Of a DNA stretch of 64,000 nt, positions 62,501-64,000 are shown piece after piece. Position 1 is the stretch's first letter; every line of letters starts with the position of its first letter. The notes under the pieces were generated by a model, which saw only the letters and a program-made list of their open reading frames with translations, ran no database searches and had not been told where the DNA came from. Source of the stretch: Acanthaster planci (lineage: Eukaryota); assembly GCF_001949145.1 (NCBI RefSeq), contig NW_019091357.1, positions 4,364,228-4,428,227 on the forward strand. Reading direction: 5' to 3'. The position numbers and the translations under genes were made by a program.

Positions 62501-64000
62501 GTTCTGCCTTTTTGAACTTGTAAACATTTTCCTTTTTTAAATTAAGCAGCCTGTCATGTGCATGGCCAGATGAAGCTTTGTATGTTAAGGAAGGGATGTC
62601 CACGCAATTATTCTCTTCAAAGAGAAAACAATCAATAAGTTTACTTTTTTTATTTTAATCTTCGGATGCTCCCGAAATAACTGGGCTGCACTTCCCCAGC
62701 CTGGGAAGGCTTACACCTGGTAAATTCTCTAGGGTATGCTGGACAATGCGTGTTCTCCTTTCGTAGTCGTTGAAGATCCCTGACTAAGTTCAGCTTTGGT
62801 CTGTTGTAGTGGGCTTGTGTTCCAAACAGTTTTCAAAGCTTCTGTTTGTTTAAACGATTGATTAGATGGAAAGAGAAAAAGAAAGAAAGACAAAATTGTT
62901 CAGCGGAGTTAACAGGTGTTTTGGTGCTGCTCCTTTTTTTATTAGCCTATTGGTTGCATATTTACAATGCAGAAGTTTTGCCGTATAATCCTGCATATTG
63001 TGACCTGGGAAAAGTTTATGGTACAAGGGACATGCACATGTACCCAAGGAAAAAAAAAATAAAAAAATAGGCTACTTTTCAACTTAACTTGCACAACTGC
63101 TAGTTATCACAGAACATAGACAATAAATAACATGGAATTGGATAGAAGCTTAATTACATCGAAGAAAAGTAACCAGACAGAAATAGACATCCTAACAAAG
63201 TACCTGAATGATAATTTGATTCTCCTTGCAGTTTGTTGGAACAAGAAAGACGAGTGTGTGGTAATGGACGAAAATCATGCAGAGAATATGTAAATTGAAA
63301 CAAAACATACATGTACATGTATAACAGTGAAGTTAATTCAGTTAAACTGGCACATTCACATTTTTTAACACATTTAAGAAGCATAGATGTACAAGCTTAC
63401 CTACATAAATTCAGGAAAAAATGAAAAAAAGGACCAATTCATGCAATGTTTTGAGATAAAAAAAGGAGTGTAAACTGCAGAATACTCGGCTCTGCCGAGT
63501 ATTGGAGCAGATGGAGAAATATGCAGGCATGGATGAATTCCAGCTTTTAACAATGGATAAATATGTTGTAAAAGCGTGTATTTACATGCACATGGTGTAC
63601 GCAGGCATGGGTGCACTGCCGATGTACACAATGTACATGCGCAGGCAAATACGTTCACGTACTTGTTATATGACACTCAGTTACCTGTAATGTGAACACG
63701 TGATATACCACTTGGGCTGTATCTTCTGAGCCTGCGGTATTTTTTGAAGTATTTCGCTAGCCCTACATAATGAGCTGAACTGGAATTGTGCCCTTTGAGG
63801 TACCAAGTAAAATTGCAGGCATTGACTGTGTATGCACAGGCGTTGAAGACCAACTTTGAGCAGGCTGGTTGACCATATGGTCTCTCTTTTTTTTTTTTTT
63901 TTGCGCATTCTGCATACCTGCAGATTTTGATCATTCTCCCAGAAGATTCTGACATTGTTAAACATTAGCTTTTTTTGGAGGAAAGATCAAAAAGGACCCG

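Overview
Animal (invertebrate-type) genomic DNA with GT-AG introns and one assembly gap (2616-2845). No prokaryotic features, CRISPR arrays, or rRNA/tRNA genes were seen. Three genes are supported. (1) TRAPPC12 on the minus strand: 9 coding exons from ATG 7541 down to 407, continuing off the left edge. (2) EIPR1/TSSC1 on the plus strand: complete, 9 coding exons at 8657-15540, 388 aa, head-to-head with TRAPPC12 across a promoter of under 160 bp. (3) The 5' part of a long-intron plus-strand gene, built from small phase-compatible exons at 18569, 26102, 37030, 55078 and 59545. I infer this is a MYT1/MYT1L-family neural transcription factor from an ENEDRPRRTR motif and from the human gene order MYT1L-EIPR1-TRAPPC12. 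Its diagnostic CCHHC fingers are not in the window, so the call is provisional. The introns hold many MITE/hAT-like non-autonomous elements, three copies of a tRNA-derived SINE and enhancer-like motif clusters. The most interesting candidates are the ancient three-gene synteny block, a set of alternative first exons that would change the number of S-P-x-K/R sites on the Myt1-like protein, and an alternative exon encoding a C2H2/C2HC-like zinc finger. All exon models were read by eye and need transcript evidence. Comparisons to human proteins are from recall, not from a search.
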